This document shows, piece after piece, positions 18,582 through 26,920 of a stretch of DNA of 29,818 nucleotides. The notes beneath the pieces are model-generated. The model was not told the origin of the DNA. It saw only the letters and a program-made list of their open reading frames with translations, and did not search any database. This stretch comes from a bacterium (GTDB lineage Bacteria > Bdellovibrionota_C > UBA2361 > CALJRW01): positions 1 through 29,818 of the forward strand of contig JANNBC010000035.1 of NCBI GenBank assembly GCA_031385045.1. Direction: 5' to 3'. Position numbers and translations under genes: made by a program. How positions within the stretch are numbered: the first letter of the stretch is position 1; each line of letters starts with the position of its first letter.

Positions 18582-18703
18582 ATCTAACTCAAGAGTTGGG
18601 TTGTTGCCTTCGGGCTTCTCCAAACGCAAGGGGAATCTGTAAAAATGCCTTCGGAGATAGGCGCAGGTTCTGACGGCTTAGATTTAACAAACTAGGGTCT
18701 CTT
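18582..18703 (+). ncRNA. Candidate structured RNA of unknown family
   Basis: GC-enriched patch in an AT-rich intergenic region. GCC-TTCG-GGC hairpin (18606-18615), GAATCTGT/GCAGGTTC stem enclosing GCCT/AGGC, G-U-rich closing stem 18596-18605/18672-18681. -10-like TATGAT at 18573-18578. Confidence 0.5.
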
Positions 18704-18705
18704 AA

Positions 18706-20451
18706 TCAAATTTCGCCCAACTCTTTTAAACAACTTTTGTAAGTTGCTTTGGTAATAAAAATTAAATGTTTTAAGTTACATTTAGTTAATATTTTTTCTC
18801 CATCCTCGTTGACCATTCGGTAATTAGACATCCATGATTGCGATAGTGTTTCTGTGTATGGCAAATTCTCTGGTTCCACCTCATTAGCATTTGTTACTGC
18901 AACATAGTTGTGTTCTTTAGTCTCTGGTGAAAGTTCCCTACTTAAGTCGATATTTTTACTTTGGGTAAAAACGGAAGCATAGTCATAGGCCGTCTTAATT
19001 GCTAATTGATTATCCGTTTTTCCAAGGAGCTCTGTCGTATTATTTAAGGCATTAACTGTAAAATTTGCTGTGCCAAATAATAATTCTTTCCGATCAACAA
19101 TAATTACTTTCATGTGCGGAAAAGGATACTGATCTTTCACTACGTCACCAGAGTAAAATTGATTGGCAAATTCTTTACTGATTACCGGTGATTTAAAGGC
19201 TAACATCACATAAACCTTAAGGCCTTCTTTTTGTTTCTTAAGTAAAGCATTGGCAATCGATCGATCGGTGAGTTTGTAAGATGTAACAATAATCTCTTCT
19301 TTCGCCTGATTGATAAAATTTAAGACATATTGCTTTAAATCGTGATCTTCGGAATTAACAAAGTAACCAGAACGATAAATTTTTGACTCAGGGTTGTTAA
19401 CAGGACAATTCCGAGTAATTAATTCTGGAATATGAGAACTTGTTTCTTCGCTATAAAAATTTGCTAAGCATTCATAATCTTCTTTTCGTTCACAAAATCT
19501 TTGGTTATTATTTTTAGAAATAGAAAGAAACTCATCCCGTATTTCGGGACTATTAAAGAAAAAATTTAGGTCAATATAAGGTGTTCTATCCGGAGTAGCT
19601 AAATTCATCGATGCCAGCATTGATTTATTGGTCTGGGGACTAGCAATAAATTTAATATGATAGAAATAATCAAAGTTATATCCGCTTGTAAGGGGGATAA
19701 ATTGAGCATACGGAGCAGTCTCAAGAATTTTAGCAATTCGGATCTCTTGGTTGTTAAAGAGCGAGACGCCAGCATCATAACTGAGTACCAGTTTCTTATT
19801 AGTCTTTACTAAATCTTCAGAAAGAGAAGATAGCAATTGGTTTCCAAGGGTCATCGTTGAGGTGTGTATTTCTTGGAGGTTCGGATCATTAATATACTGC
19901 CGCAGTAATTCGCTAAATGGTTCAAATGGATGCAACTTAACTGTAACATCGTGGATAATTTTTGATTCTACTCCTAATATTTTTGGTTTTGATTTATCTA
20001 AGAGACCTGCGAGAGTAACTTTACCATGGCAATTCCGTAACTGTTTCTTAGGTCTAAAAGTATCTAGAATATTACGTTTGCAATATCCTAGTTGTAAACA
20101 AGCTTTTTCCAAGAAACCTGATTGATCAATATAGAACTTAAGATCTGATTTCATAAATTGCTCAACAAGCGGAATAACTGGCTTGGGCTTACGAATATCT
20201 CGTAGTGAACGTAAGAAACGTTCACAAACTAAGGCGGCATTTATTACTGGTGTACTGTAGAGGTTTTCAAAATTAATTTGATATAGCTTGCCTTGATAGT
20301 TAATTTCTAAAGTTTTGTCTTGAACACTTGAACAGGAAGTATTTTGTTGAATATACTCAAAAGGTATTTTAATTGTTTCTGCTTTTACTACGGTTGAGAT
20401 AGATGCCCAGGCTAGAATTACACACAGTAGAATCATTTGATTAAATCTCAT
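18706..20451 (-). CDS. Exported phospholipase D-superfamily protein (two HxK modules)
   Basis: Signal-peptide-like N-terminus (MRFN..LLCVILAWASISTVVKA), degenerate HIKFIA...ASMN, and canonical HMKVIIVDRKELLFGTANFT; Cys-rich. Confidence 0.85.
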   Translation of the reverse strand: MRFNQMILLCVILAWASISTVVKAETIKIPFEYIQQNTSCSSVQDKTLEINYQGKLYQINFENLYSTPVINAALVCERFLRSLRDIRKPKPVIPLVEQFMKSDLKFYIDQSGFLEKACLQLGYCKRNILDTFRPKKQLRNCHGKVTLAGLLDKSKPKILGVESKIIHDVTVKLHPFEPFSELLRQYINDPNLQEIHTSTMTLGNQLLSSLSEDLVKTNKKLVLSYDAGVSLFNNQEIRIAKILETAPYAQFIPLTSGYNFDYFYHIKFIASPQTNKSMLASMNLATPDRTPYIDLNFFFNSPEIRDEFLSISKNNNQRFCERKEDYECLANFYSEETSSHIPELITRNCPVNNPESKIYRSGYFVNSEDHDLKQYVLNFINQAKEEIIVTSYKLTDRSIANALLKKQKEGLKVYVMLAFKSPVISKEFANQFYSGDVVKDQYPFPHMKVIIVDRKELLFGTANFTVNALNNTTELLGKTDNQLAIKTAYDYASVFTQSKNIDLSRELSPETKEHNYVAVTNANEVEPENLPYTETLSQSWMSNYRMVNEDGEKILTKCNLKHLIFITKATYKSCLKELGEI

Positions 20452-22688
20452 ATCAGTTTTTGATTGTAAAAATTTAAATCAGCTATTGGTTGGGCGCAGA
20501 CTGATTTGTTTCGCTGAGCATAAGGATGAATTGTTCTTTGGGCTATCAGATAGTCTTGTAAGCTGGCAATAAACTTGGCCTGTGGATCAATTATATTCTT
20601 GAAATAATAATATTGATTTAAAAAAAAGATTTTTTTGCTAATCAAAAAATTATCATAAGTCTTTAAATTTACTTGTTGATAACAAATATAATTAAAATTA
20701 TTTTTTTTAATTATTAGCAAAGATCCTGAAAGATCTTGTGCCACATATTTATTAACATTAAAATAATTATTAAGAGCTAGATTGTAATGTTTAAGCTTCA
20801 GTCTTCCAGTTTGAACAATTTTACCTCGGTTTATTTCTAATCTAGGTAGATTCTTAAGTTCAGGAATGATTTCTTCTAAGGGAGCCCCTGATTCTGCAAG
20901 TCGAAAGATTTCTTCTTTGAAGATTAATTTTAAATAAAATTTATTTCTTACTTTTTGCAGAAGTCTATTTCTAAATTCAAGTGCATAATAAAACTTATAA
21001 ATATTTAAGAGTGTTAATTTTAGATCCAGATTTAAATCAATTTGGTGGATCGCAACGATACTTAAGCTTTTGAAATCTTCCAGAGACATTGCTGAAGATG
21101 ATGAAACTAAATAAAGACCAGCAGAATATTTAGAAATTAGTAAATCTTTCTTAAAAGGTAAGGCATGTTTGATTCGATCTAACCTTAGATCTCTTTCGTA
21201 AAATGCTATCAAATAAATATTTGTTTTGTTGGTTTTTAGTTGCTGTGCTCGCAGTTGCAATTGTAAGGTTTCTGGATTACACAGCGGCAGTTCTCGACGT
21301 GCTTTTTTAATCCGACTAAGTATAAATGGACTAATATTAAAATTTAGATTCTTATAAAGTAAGATGCTGGCAAGCAAGAAAGTTATTATTTCAATCAAAT
21401 AAACTGTTTGCAAGTTTGCTTTTAAATAATTAAAGAAAAAACTCTGTAGCGGTAATCCTACTAGGAGAAAGATGCTGGCAATTTGACGGTAATGATAACG
21501 ATCTAAGGCAAGTGACTGAATCTGACTGTAGATAATAAAAAATAAAGTATGAGCAATCATTGCTAAAGGTAGCAATAATAAGAATTCTTCGAGTGTAATA
21601 GGAATAAATAAATAAAATGATTTTGAAAAAAGTACTAAACTAATAAAGCCAGTTACCAGAAGTAGACTTAAGATCAGACTAAGTTTTAGGATTCGGCGAG
21701 CCAGAAAGCTAGCCTTTTTCGTTAGTCCGTGCTTAGCGGTAGTATAGATATCAAATAGTGCCGAGCGACAAATCTGTGTAGTAAAAAAAACGGCAAAGTT
21801 AAGGCTAAAAAAATAGATAATATTAGTAATCCAAGCATTTAAGCTTCTTTCGAATATAATCAAACCAAGGCCTAGGAAATAACAGGGTAGGATAGCATTA
21901 AAGTAAAAATATTTTCGGGCTAACTTGTTGTTAAGATATCTTGAGATAATTCGAAAAAATCGGAAGGGCTTCTTTTTTCTTTTCCAAGTAAATTTAAAAT
22001 CCAAGGCCTTTATAGCAAGTTTAATTAAATAAATACTTTCAATTGCTCTTCCAAGGAATAGGGCAAAAATATAGCTAAGTGGACCAGCTAGCGCTCCAAA
22101 AAGTAGTAGTGTAATGCTTGGTAGGAGTCGACAACTTGCAACGATCAGGGCACTTCGCGGAAGTCGTCGGCTAAGATAAACCGTATTCCAAAGTTGTGTC
22201 GTGCATTGCTCTAGCGGTATTAGTAAGCACCAAGTAAGCACAAAATATCCATTTAATTTACTAGAAAAATTTAGCGTCAGGCAGAGTGTGCTAATCAGTA
22301 GTACAAAGATTAATGAACAAGCAAAGTTTACAATTAAGGCTTTGCTCAGTTCGATATTGATGGCACTAGAATTCTTAGCGACTACTAACGGCATAAGTCG
22401 TACTCGAAAAAACTGAGTAATTCCCTTAAGCGCTCCACGACTTATAAAGATAATAAAAATATATAGTGTTAAGTCACCAAAGACATTATAGCTAAAAAGC
22501 TGATGAATGATTGTGACTTCTGCAAGAAGAATTAAACGAGTAATCAGTTTAAATAAAATAGGCCACTTGATTCGATAAATGAGATAAGGGAGATAGGACC
22601 ATAAGTCATATTGCTGTAATCCTTGCTCAACAACCTTACGTCGTTTTTGATCTAAACTGGAAATCTTTTGTAGCTCGGAGAATTTCAT
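20448..22688 (-). CDS. Polytopic membrane protein, MOP (MATE/Wzx/MurJ) flippase-like N-terminus plus ~300-aa soluble C-terminal region
   Basis: About 12 hydrophobic segments in aa ~40-450 in two similar halves, each with an amphipathic cytoplasmic helix (RLMPLVVAKNSSAINIELSKAL; ALFDIYTTAKHGLTKKASFLARRIL). Family call is by pattern only. Confidence 0.55.
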   Translation of the reverse strand: MKFSELQKISSLDQKRRKVVEQGLQQYDLWSYLPYLIYRIKWPILFKLITRLILLAEVTIIHQLFSYNVFGDLTLYIFIIFISRGALKGITQFFRVRLMPLVVAKNSSAINIELSKALIVNFACSLIFVLLISTLCLTLNFSSKLNGYFVLTWCLLIPLEQCTTQLWNTVYLSRRLPRSALIVASCRLLPSITLLLFGALAGPLSYIFALFLGRAIESIYLIKLAIKALDFKFTWKRKKKPFRFFRIISRYLNNKLARKYFYFNAILPCYFLGLGLIIFERSLNAWITNIIYFFSLNFAVFFTTQICRSALFDIYTTAKHGLTKKASFLARRILKLSLILSLLLVTGFISLVLFSKSFYLFIPITLEEFLLLLPLAMIAHTLFFIIYSQIQSLALDRYHYRQIASIFLLVGLPLQSFFFNYLKANLQTVYLIEIITFLLASILLYKNLNFNISPFILSRIKKARRELPLCNPETLQLQLRAQQLKTNKTNIYLIAFYERDLRLDRIKHALPFKKDLLISKYSAGLYLVSSSSAMSLEDFKSLSIVAIHQIDLNLDLKLTLLNIYKFYYALEFRNRLLQKVRNKFYLKLIFKEEIFRLAESGAPLEEIIPELKNLPRLEINRGKIVQTGRLKLKHYNLALNNYFNVNKYVAQDLSGSLLIIKKNNFNYICYQQVNLKTYDNFLISKKIFFLNQYYYFKNIIDPQAKFIASLQDYLIAQRTIHPYAQRNKSVCAQPIADLNFYNQKLI

Positions 22689-23967
22689 GCTTTCTTGGGT
22701 AAATATTTTTGTAATTTAATACGGAGAATAGACCTGCCTCACGGATTTGTCTGTAGGGAACTTTTCGAAAAGCGCTAGAGCGGGAACAGTTTTCGACCAG
22801 CGCTATGATTGTCTCAGCAATCCAGATATCAAATTCTTCAATTCGTTTTTTATCCGTAGCAAATAGGATTAGATCATTATAATTTTTATAGTAGTTTAAA
22901 TCTTTGAGAGTAAAATTTAAATCTCTAATCAAGTTCTGATATTGCATTTCTTTGGTCAGGCCTAGCTTGTGATATTTGCGGTATGCATTAAATAACCTAC
23001 TTTTTATGTCTTTTTTAAGTTTTTTAAACTTATAGGATTTTAAGAAAATTAAGCCTTGATCATTAATTTGGTATCCTAAGTAATCAAAAGTTCTTTTTGT
23101 TTGATAGGGTAGTTCCTCTTTACTAGATAGCTCTTGACCACATTTGATAAAAACTTCTTTGTCGGGGTGAAATTTCAGTTCCCTTTGCTTAATTTGTTCT
23201 TGATACTTAGCTAAAATAAAATTTAACTTTTCTCTGTTTTGATCTGCAAATATTATGTCATCACCATAGCGGACATAAAAATCTAAATTATTTGCTGCCA
23301 GATGATCTAGATCTTGTAGATAAAAATTAGCAGCAAAATTTGAAAGACAAGCTCCAGTTGGAATGCCAATTGCTAGTTGCTCTTCTAAGTCTCTTTCTGG
23401 ATCATAGTAGGTAGGCTGTAGAAAGCTTTCTACTAGTTTCCAGAAATAGGGCTGCTGCTCTCCAAAATTTTCTTTTAATTGAGTGATTAAGATTTTACTG
23501 TTGATATTGTCGTAGTAGGATTTAATGTCCCTTTTTGCTATGTAAATTGAACTATCTTGGTTCTTTTGAATATATTTACAGAGGCTTTTCACTGCCTTTT
23601 TATTAGAAAAAGTCTTACGATAAGAAAATAATTGCTTGGAAAAGATATCTTCGCTGACCTCAAAGAACAGTTTTGTCAAAGCATAGTCCATAATTTTATC
23701 AACCCAGTTGATATTATAGATAGTTCTTTCTTTATCAATGAAAATAGTTTTTTTAACTCTTAATTGTGGCTGGTAGGTTTTCTTTTTTAAATTTTGTAGA
23801 TAGTAGTCTACCAATAGGTCTTGATTATTTACGCACCAACCTAAAGACATTGATTTTTCAATTGGAGCTGATTGTAGGATTCTTGGCTTAGAACTTTTTT
23901 TGCTTTTTAGGTGTGCGATTACAGCTAGAAAGTTTTTAGAGGCGGATAGTTCTTGTAATAAATTCAT
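22636..23967 (-). CDS. Reverse transcriptase, group II intron-like but not within an intron
   Basis: TYQPQ, ERTIY..WVDKI, FSKQLFSYR, KRDIKSYYDNIN, GIPTGACLSNFAANFYL, YVRYGDDI, FDYLGY, and thumb-like FDIWI...GLFSV. Confidence 0.92.
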   Translation of the reverse strand: MNLLQELSASKNFLAVIAHLKSKKSSKPRILQSAPIEKSMSLGWCVNNQDLLVDYYLQNLKKKTYQPQLRVKKTIFIDKERTIYNINWVDKIMDYALTKLFFEVSEDIFSKQLFSYRKTFSNKKAVKSLCKYIQKNQDSSIYIAKRDIKSYYDNINSKILITQLKENFGEQQPYFWKLVESFLQPTYYDPERDLEEQLAIGIPTGACLSNFAANFYLQDLDHLAANNLDFYVRYGDDIIFADQNREKLNFILAKYQEQIKQRELKFHPDKEVFIKCGQELSSKEELPYQTKRTFDYLGYQINDQGLIFLKSYKFKKLKKDIKSRLFNAYRKYHKLGLTKEMQYQNLIRDLNFTLKDLNYYKNYNDLILFATDKKRIEEFDIWIAETIIALVENCSRSSAFRKVPYRQIREAGLFSVLNYKNIYPRKHEILRATKDFQFRSKTT

Positions 23968-24011
23968 TATCTCATATTAGATACACTGAGTCTGCAGATG
24001 CAACGGAGTAT

Positions 24012-24506
24012 TTATTTGATTCTTGTAAGCTGTGGTTTTTTTGTATCTGAAGGAGCTGGTTCAGGTTCTTGTTCATTTGTAGAGCTATTTAATTTGGGAG
24101 TAGAGCTAATTTTATTAACTGCTAACTTAGGCTTTTTGATACTTTCCATTTCTGAAGCTAAGTTTGCATAGGAATCTGTGGAAAGACTCTCCGGCCAAAT
24201 ATAATTTTTCTGGGCAGTAGTAGTGCATCCCCAAATCGCCCCAAGTGGAATTTGGCAAGAAAAATGCTTTCCATTAAACAGTAGCTCGGCTGAGATAGAT
24301 TCCTTGCTAATTACGGTAAGGCCTTGAAAATGATAACTTAATTTAAGGGTTAAGGTTGGACCACTGAGGAAGCTTTCCGGAATAATCACCCCTGGATATG
24401 CGGGATTAAGATGAATTAAAATAAACTGATCCTGACTTATATGGGTCTCTAAAGTTTGGTGTTTTTCATCAGTATTAGCAAATGTCATATACCTAAAGTA
24501 ACCCAC
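24012..24506 (-). CDS. sspB: ClpXP adaptor SspB-like protein
   Basis: PGVIIP, LKLS, AELLFNG...CQIPLGAIWG core, disordered linker, and C-terminal KKPQLTRIK ClpX-binding-like tail. Confidence 0.8.
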   Translation of the reverse strand: MGYFRYMTFANTDEKHQTLETHISQDQFILIHLNPAYPGVIIPESFLSGPTLTLKLSYHFQGLTVISKESISAELLFNGKHFSCQIPLGAIWGCTTTAQKNYIWPESLSTDSYANLASEMESIKKPKLAVNKISSTPKLNSSTNEQEPEPAPSDTKKPQLTRIK

Positions 24507-24644
24507 TGATTAACTATTTTCAAATCTGATCTTTACTGAAGGGGGCTTCTTGTTTAAATTGAATTATTCTTAAAATGAGAACCTTAACCCTAGTTCTTTA
24601 TAACTAGTTGATATTATTGCGTTAAATTCAATTCTAAGCCGTAT

Positions 24645-26903
24645 ATGACCATTATTAGTACCCCTTTTCGACAGGAAGCCCAGGATCGTTACCTGACTTA
24701 TGCCCTAAGTGTTGTCTCCGGTAGAGCCCTCCCTGATGTCCGTGACGGGCTAAAGCCAGTGCAAAGAAGAATTCTTTACGCCATGTTGCATGATTTAAAT
24801 CTTAAACCGACTTCTAGCTATAAAAAGTCAGCAACGATTGTTGGACAAGTGCTTGGTAATTACCATCCCCACGGAGACGTAGCTTGTTACGAAGCAATGG
24901 TTCGAATGGCGCAAGATTTTAGCATGCGTTATTGCCTAGTGGATGGGCAGGGGAATTTTGGATCAATGGATGGTGACTCCGCGGCAGCTTATCGTTATAC
25001 CGAAGCAAAGTTGCAACCAATTGCCCTGGAAGTTTTAGGGGAGATTGATCAGGAGACTGTGGATTTTCGTGATACCTTTGATGCTTCGAAAAAAGAGCCA
25101 GTAGTGATGCCTAGCCGTTTACCAAATCTATTGGTTAATGGTGCTACTGGGATTGCAGTTGGAATGGCGACTAGCATTCCACCTCATAACTTAAGAGATG
25201 TGGTTAAGGCTCTGCTATTACAATTAGAAGATCCTGAAGTTACTAACTCTAAGTTAGTTGCCGCCCTTAAAGGTCCAGATTTCCCAACGGGCTGTCAGAT
25301 TTTAAATACTAAGAAAGAGCTAGAAGAAATTTATGAGACGGGACGTGGTCCAATTAAAATGCGTGCCGATTGGAAAGAGGAAAAAGAAAATCGAGGCAAG
25401 AAACAAGTTGTGATAACTAGCGTTCCTTACATGGTTAATAAATCTCAGCTAGTAGAAAAAATCGCTGATTTAATTATTAATCGTAAAGTTCCCCAACTAG
25501 TGGATATTCGCGATGAATCAACTACTGATGTGCGCGTAGTACTTGAGTTGCAAGCTGACTCTGACATTCAAAATGTCATGGCCTATCTCTTTAAGAATAC
25601 TCCACTAGAGCAAAACTTTAATGTTAACTTAACAGCCTTAGCGCCAGATAAGAATAAAGTAACTGTGCCAATGCCAATGTCACTCAAGTTAATGTTGCAA
25701 CATTTTCTTGATTTTAGAAAAGATATTGTTCGTCGTAGATTAGAATTTGAAAAGAAGAATTTATTAGCACGGCTTCATATCCTAGAAGGCTTTGTACTGA
25801 TTTTTGCTGACTTGGATAAAGCAATTCAAATCGTGAGACGTAGTGAAGGGCGCTCTGATGCTGCAGAAAAGTTACGAGCTCATTTTAAGCTAACTGAGAT
25901 TCAATCTTTCTCGATTGTTGATCTTAGAATCTATCAACTTTCTCGAACAAATATCGAAGAAATTCGTGCTGAGCAAAAAGAGAAATTAAAAAGACTAGCG
26001 GAGATTCAAAAAATTCTAGATAGCGCTAAGAAGATTGCCGAAACAGTTAAAGCTGATTTGGAGCATGTTGCTAAGGAGTTCGGAGATAACCGCAAATCTC
26101 AAATCCTAAAAGATCACGTACAGTTTGAAATTCAGGCTGATGATTTCGTTGTAAAAGAAGAAGTCTTTGCCTTGGTTAGTACCGATGGTTGGATTAAGCG
26201 AATTCGCCAAGGGAATGATCCAGTTCTTAGTCGCTTACGAGAGGGCGATTCCTTATTAGTTGCTCATCCACTAAATACACTGGACCGAGTCGTCTTCTTT
26301 ACTAGCTTAGGAAATGTTTACAGTATGGCGGTGACCGATTTCCCATCATCTAGCGGATATGGAGATCCGATTCAGAAACATCTGAAGTTTAAAGATGGTG
26401 AGAAGCTTGTTTCTAGTTATGGATTACTTTCTGAATTAGAGCTGGGACACATTAATGATTATCCTTTCTACCTAGCAGAAGGACAGGACTTTCTTCTAGT
26501 TAGTGCTAATGGCCTAGGGTTTCAAACTAAGATTGAAGGAATTGCCGACGTTAAGCGTAATGGTAAGCGGATTATGAAATTAAAAGGAAGCGATCAGTTA
26601 AAAGCTGTTTTGGAACCTGATAAATTAATTAGTTTAATCTCTAAAGATGGGTATGCCATTACGATTAATAAAAATGAAGTTCAGGAGCGTAATGCACCGG
26701 CAGTTGGAATAAGTTTGATGGGCTTTAAAAAAGGTGATTACTTAGCGATTGCTGTTTCTTGGAGTAAAGAACGAGAGATTGAATTAATCATGAAAGATCA
26801 AAAGACCAAGAAGATTGATTTAAAAGAAATCAAAAAATCTGCTCGTGGCTTAAGGGGTAACAAATTATCCGTTAAATCAGAGATTCTAGGAATGGTCGTT
26901 TAA
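24645..26903 (+). CDS. parC: DNA topoisomerase IV subunit A
   Basis: [35 protein letters not shown]. The C-terminal domain is short and has no QRRGGKG GyrA-box at its start. Confidence 0.85.
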   Translation: MTIISTPFRQEAQDRYLTYALSVVSGRALPDVRDGLKPVQRRILYAMLHDLNLKPTSSYKKSATIVGQVLGNYHPHGDVACYEAMVRMAQDFSMRYCLVDGQGNFGSMDGDSAAAYRYTEAKLQPIALEVLGEIDQETVDFRDTFDASKKEPVVMPSRLPNLLVNGATGIAVGMATSIPPHNLRDVVKALLLQLEDPEVTNSKLVAALKGPDFPTGCQILNTKKELEEIYETGRGPIKMRADWKEEKENRGKKQVVITSVPYMVNKSQLVEKIADLIINRKVPQLVDIRDESTTDVRVVLELQADSDIQNVMAYLFKNTPLEQNFNVNLTALAPDKNKVTVPMPMSLKLMLQHFLDFRKDIVRRRLEFEKKNLLARLHILEGFVLIFADLDKAIQIVRRSEGRSDAAEKLRAHFKLTEIQSFSIVDLRIYQLSRTNIEEIRAEQKEKLKRLAEIQKILDSAKKIAETVKADLEHVAKEFGDNRKSQILKDHVQFEIQADDFVVKEEVFALVSTDGWIKRIRQGNDPVLSRLREGDSLLVAHPLNTLDRVVFFTSLGNVYSMAVTDFPSSSGYGDPIQKHLKFKDGEKLVSSYGLLSELELGHINDYPFYLAEGQDFLLVSANGLGFQTKIEGIADVKRNGKRIMKLKGSDQLKAVLEPDKLISLISKDGYAITINKNEVQERNAPAVGISLMGFKKGDYLAIAVSWSKEREIELIMKDQKTKKIDLKEIKKSARGLRGNKLSVKSEILGMVV

Positions 26904-26920
26904 AGAATTTAAGTAGTATT

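Noticed and set aside
18582..18703. tRNA, SRP RNA, glycine or SAM-I riboswitch identity for the structured segment
   Set aside because: Only short fragments resemble them (GCAGGTTC, CCGAAGG, TCAAGAG); no cloverleaf or complete consensus.
22636..24011. RT as a group II intron, retron, DGR or CRISPR-associated RT
   Set aside because: No room for intron RNA domains (overlapping downstream gene, 44-bp upstream gap), no VTG retron motif or upstream msr/msd, and no avd, TR/VR pair, cas genes or array seen.
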